Virus record (IMG/VR): IMGVR_UViG_3300012933_000323
Location: 62,432 to 126,431 of that record
DNA from: a virus
Taxonomy: Duplodnaviria > Heunggongvirae > Uroviricota > Caudoviricetes
Direction: 5' to 3' (one strand)
Length of the DNA stretch: 64,000 nucleotides
How positions within the stretch are numbered: position 1 is the first letter of the stretch; each line of letters starts with the position of its first letter. Positions 62,243-64,000 of this stretch are shown here, in pieces. The position numbers and the translations under genes are program-made. The notes beneath the pieces were generated by a model that was not told the origin of the DNA, ran no database searches, and saw only the letters and a program-made list of their open reading frames with translations.

Positions 62243-62461
62243 TTACTCATCTTTACTCATTGATTTGAACATTATGTACGCTGAATTAACGTCAATTGCT
62301 ATTACGATAAACAGAATACTTAGAAATTCGCCGACTCTATTCATGATACTAACACCAACCACCCCAAGCATAAATCCAAGCAAAGCGTACAGCAAGATGC
62401 TTAGATAGTTTGTACTCAAATATTGTTTAATCATCTTAACCTCCGAAATAGATTGCGCCAC
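62243..62461 (-). CDS. small membrane protein
   Basis: 72-aa ORF with two TM segments. Confidence 0.35.
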   Translation of the reverse strand: MAQSISEVKMIKQYLSTNYLSILLYALLGFMLGVVGVSIMNRVGEFLSILFIVIAIDVNSAYIMFKSMSKDE

Positions 62462-62684
62462 AGTTGTTACAACCGTATGTCAAATTGTCATCCCATAGAT
62501 CATTAGATCCGCATTTCTTGCAACGACCAGTAAAATGACCAGTTGGTTGATTTTGTGGATTCGTTTCGCTTGGCGGACGATTAGGATATCGGTGACGTTG
62601 TACTTGATCTTGTTTTGTATTCACATTATACTCCAAATTGTTTAGAGACATCTTCAATCTGGATATCTTGTGGGATGTACTCAA
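62436..62684 (-). CDS. zinc-ribbon protein
   Basis: CKKCGS...CNNCG. Confidence 0.35.
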   Translation of the reverse strand: MSTSHKISRLKMSLNNLEYNVNTKQDQVQRHRYPNRPPSETNPQNQPTGHFTGRCKKCGSNDLWDDNLTYGCNNCGAIYFGG

Positions 62685-63051
62685 CGGTAATAGATTCTGC
62701 TACACGTGTCATGTAACCATCGCTATAACCAGTGTAATCACTAAGGATATCCATTGCGATATCTAACACATCATCGCTATCATCACATTCTTCGCCGTGT
62801 TTCTTGAACACCTTGACGAGTGCTTCCTTGAATGCGCTGATTTCTGAATCACGTGGTTCGTACAAATTACCAAACACGGTCTTGTCATTGCAATGGCTAC
62901 TTTCAATAAGTTTCAGCAGGTCAACGTGAAACTTGGCAGTCTTCTCGTCAATGCCATGCGTACAAGTTGTGTTGTAATTGTCAGCATCATTTTCCCATGA
63001 TGTAACAGTGATTCGATAACCCGCTTTAATGGTGTTTACAATTTTATTCAT
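62626..63051 (-). CDS. hypothetical protein
   Basis: 141-aa ORF. Confidence 0.4.
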   Translation of the reverse strand: MNKIVNTIKAGYRITVTSWENDADNYNTTCTHGIDEKTAKFHVDLLKLIESSHCNDKTVFGNLYEPRDSEISAFKEALVKVFKKHGEECDDSDDVLDIAMDILSDYTGYSDGYMTRVAESITVEYIPQDIQIEDVSKQFGV

Positions 63052-63399
63052 TTCGTTTCCTTCGTTTATACAATTACTTTAAATGCAATGAGTGTTAGAA
63101 TGACCGCGCTGAAGAACGGCACAACTTTAAAAACCAATGCGCTCATAATGTTGTTTGTAACTAATACAAACGAAAAGATGACATTGATTGATGCAATGAT
63201 TAATAGAATGATTTCACTTGTACTCATCGGCGTGCCTCTCTTCTTCCTTGTTCAACTAACGTTACTGCGTAAATCTTGTCTTTTTCAGTTTCATCTGCAA
63301 GCATCTTATTGATTGCATCACGAATTTTTCCAGCCGCAGATGGTTTTGATCGTTCATACTTATAACCAATAGTCACATAGTCATTTTCTGCGTGTACCA

Positions 63400-63915
63400 T
63401 TATTTGAACTCCACCAATGTTACTGAACCACCTTTTTCTGCTACACCGTGAGCAAATGCGTCAATCATACCTAAAATTGTTTCCTTGGCGCCCCCGGCAA
63501 GTCCCATACCAATGTAGGGCAAGCCGATGCGCTTGTCACCATACGCATGAATGAGTTTTAGCAAAATCAATTCAAATGCAACATACTCAAACACATCGAA
63601 ACCACGAGACACACTGTACTGTGTGTAAGCGTTGATGATATCAAATGAAACTGTGCCATTTTTTAAAATGACATTTTCTTGTGTCCAGTTACCTAACTTA
63701 TTGTAGTCGCCACGAACAGTTCGACCGTCAACTGCGGCAACATGCGGATAGCGTTCACGGATCTCACGGGCAATACCACCACCCATTGTGTTAAAGCAAT
63801 TACAGCCTTGAACCACAACATCAAACTCGCCAGCTTCTGCTAGATCAAGTAAATTGCCTTGTGTATGTTTAAGTCCCATATGTCCCCCATGATGGCATTT
63901 CAAATTCTTTATCAA
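63400..63915 (-). CDS. macrodomain protein (ADP-ribose binding/hydrolase fold)
   Basis: FDVVVQGCNCFNTMGGGIAREIRERYP matches the macrodomain signature DAIVNAAN...GGGVDGAI. The track start at 63915 is TTG; an ATG (MGLKHT) about 36 nt downstream is the more likely start. Confidence 0.65.
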   Translation of the reverse strand: MIKNLKCHHGGHMGLKHTQGNLLDLAEAGEFDVVVQGCNCFNTMGGGIAREIRERYPHVAAVDGRTVRGDYNKLGNWTQENVILKNGTVSFDIINAYTQYSVSRGFDVFEYVAFELILLKLIHAYGDKRIGLPYIGMGLAGGAKETILGMIDAFAHGVAEKGGSVTLVEFK

Positions 63916-64000
63916 TCATTTTGAGTTTCTTCTCATTTTCCTTAACTTCATCGCTGAAGCCAGGATCTTTTCCGCCACATACGAAACTCCAATATTGTTT

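Noticed and set aside
1-64000. tRNA genes, rRNA and CRISPR arrays
   Set aside because: The intergenic gaps longer than 80 nt (3032..3173, 6687..6824, 29552..29681, 35868..36010) contain promoters, terminators and palindromes, but no cloverleaf-compatible acceptor/T-arm pairings and no repeat-spacer periodicity that I can see.

Overview
This 64 kb window is an AT-rich, densely coded segment of a large lytic phage genome. Nearly all genes sit on the minus strand in short, often overlapping operons; the only clear plus-strand genes are a truncated structural ORF at the 5' edge and the large terminase. The core is T4-superfamily: gp17-like terminase, gp41/DnaB-like helicase, a split family-B DNA polymerase (gp43 in two ORFs), gp44-like clamp loader, and a gp42-like dCMP hydroxymethylase, which implies hmC-containing DNA. 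On top of this core sits a heavy accessory load. (1) A nucleotide-modification operon with a dNMP kinase, HAD phosphatase, a fused sugar-1-P nucleotidyltransferase/APH-like kinase, a Bgt-like glycosyltransferase, a C5-MTase-like protein and a MazG-like protein. (2) An NAD+/ADP-ribose island with NadV (NAMPT), NatV (NMNAT-Nudix), an NDT-like protein, an RlmN/Cfr-like radical SAM protein, a macrodomain protein, and a 1301-aa protein ending in a PARP-like H-Y-E ADP-ribosyltransferase domain. (3) An RNA-repair toolkit: an Rnl1-like and a DraRnl-like RNA ligase, a PNK-like kinase and a CCA/poly(A)-polymerase-type NTase. (4) A flotillin-like SPFH protein plus an SPFH lipoprotein. (5) Bona fide ClpP, thioredoxin, an overlapped spanin pair, a SleB-like lysin, a PTP-type phosphatase, a small alarmone hydrolase (HD), a DHH phosphoesterase, a ComFC-like PRTase and a DprA-like SLOG protein. 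Regulatory signals match T4: early-type promoters GT(T/G)TAC-17-TG(n)TATAAT recur upstream of minus-strand operons, late TATAAATA boxes sit before structural and lysis genes, and several intrinsic terminators are visible. I saw no rRNA, tRNA or CRISPR. Several ORF-track starts are non-ATG (TTG/GTG translated as M), so some true starts are probably downstream ATGs.
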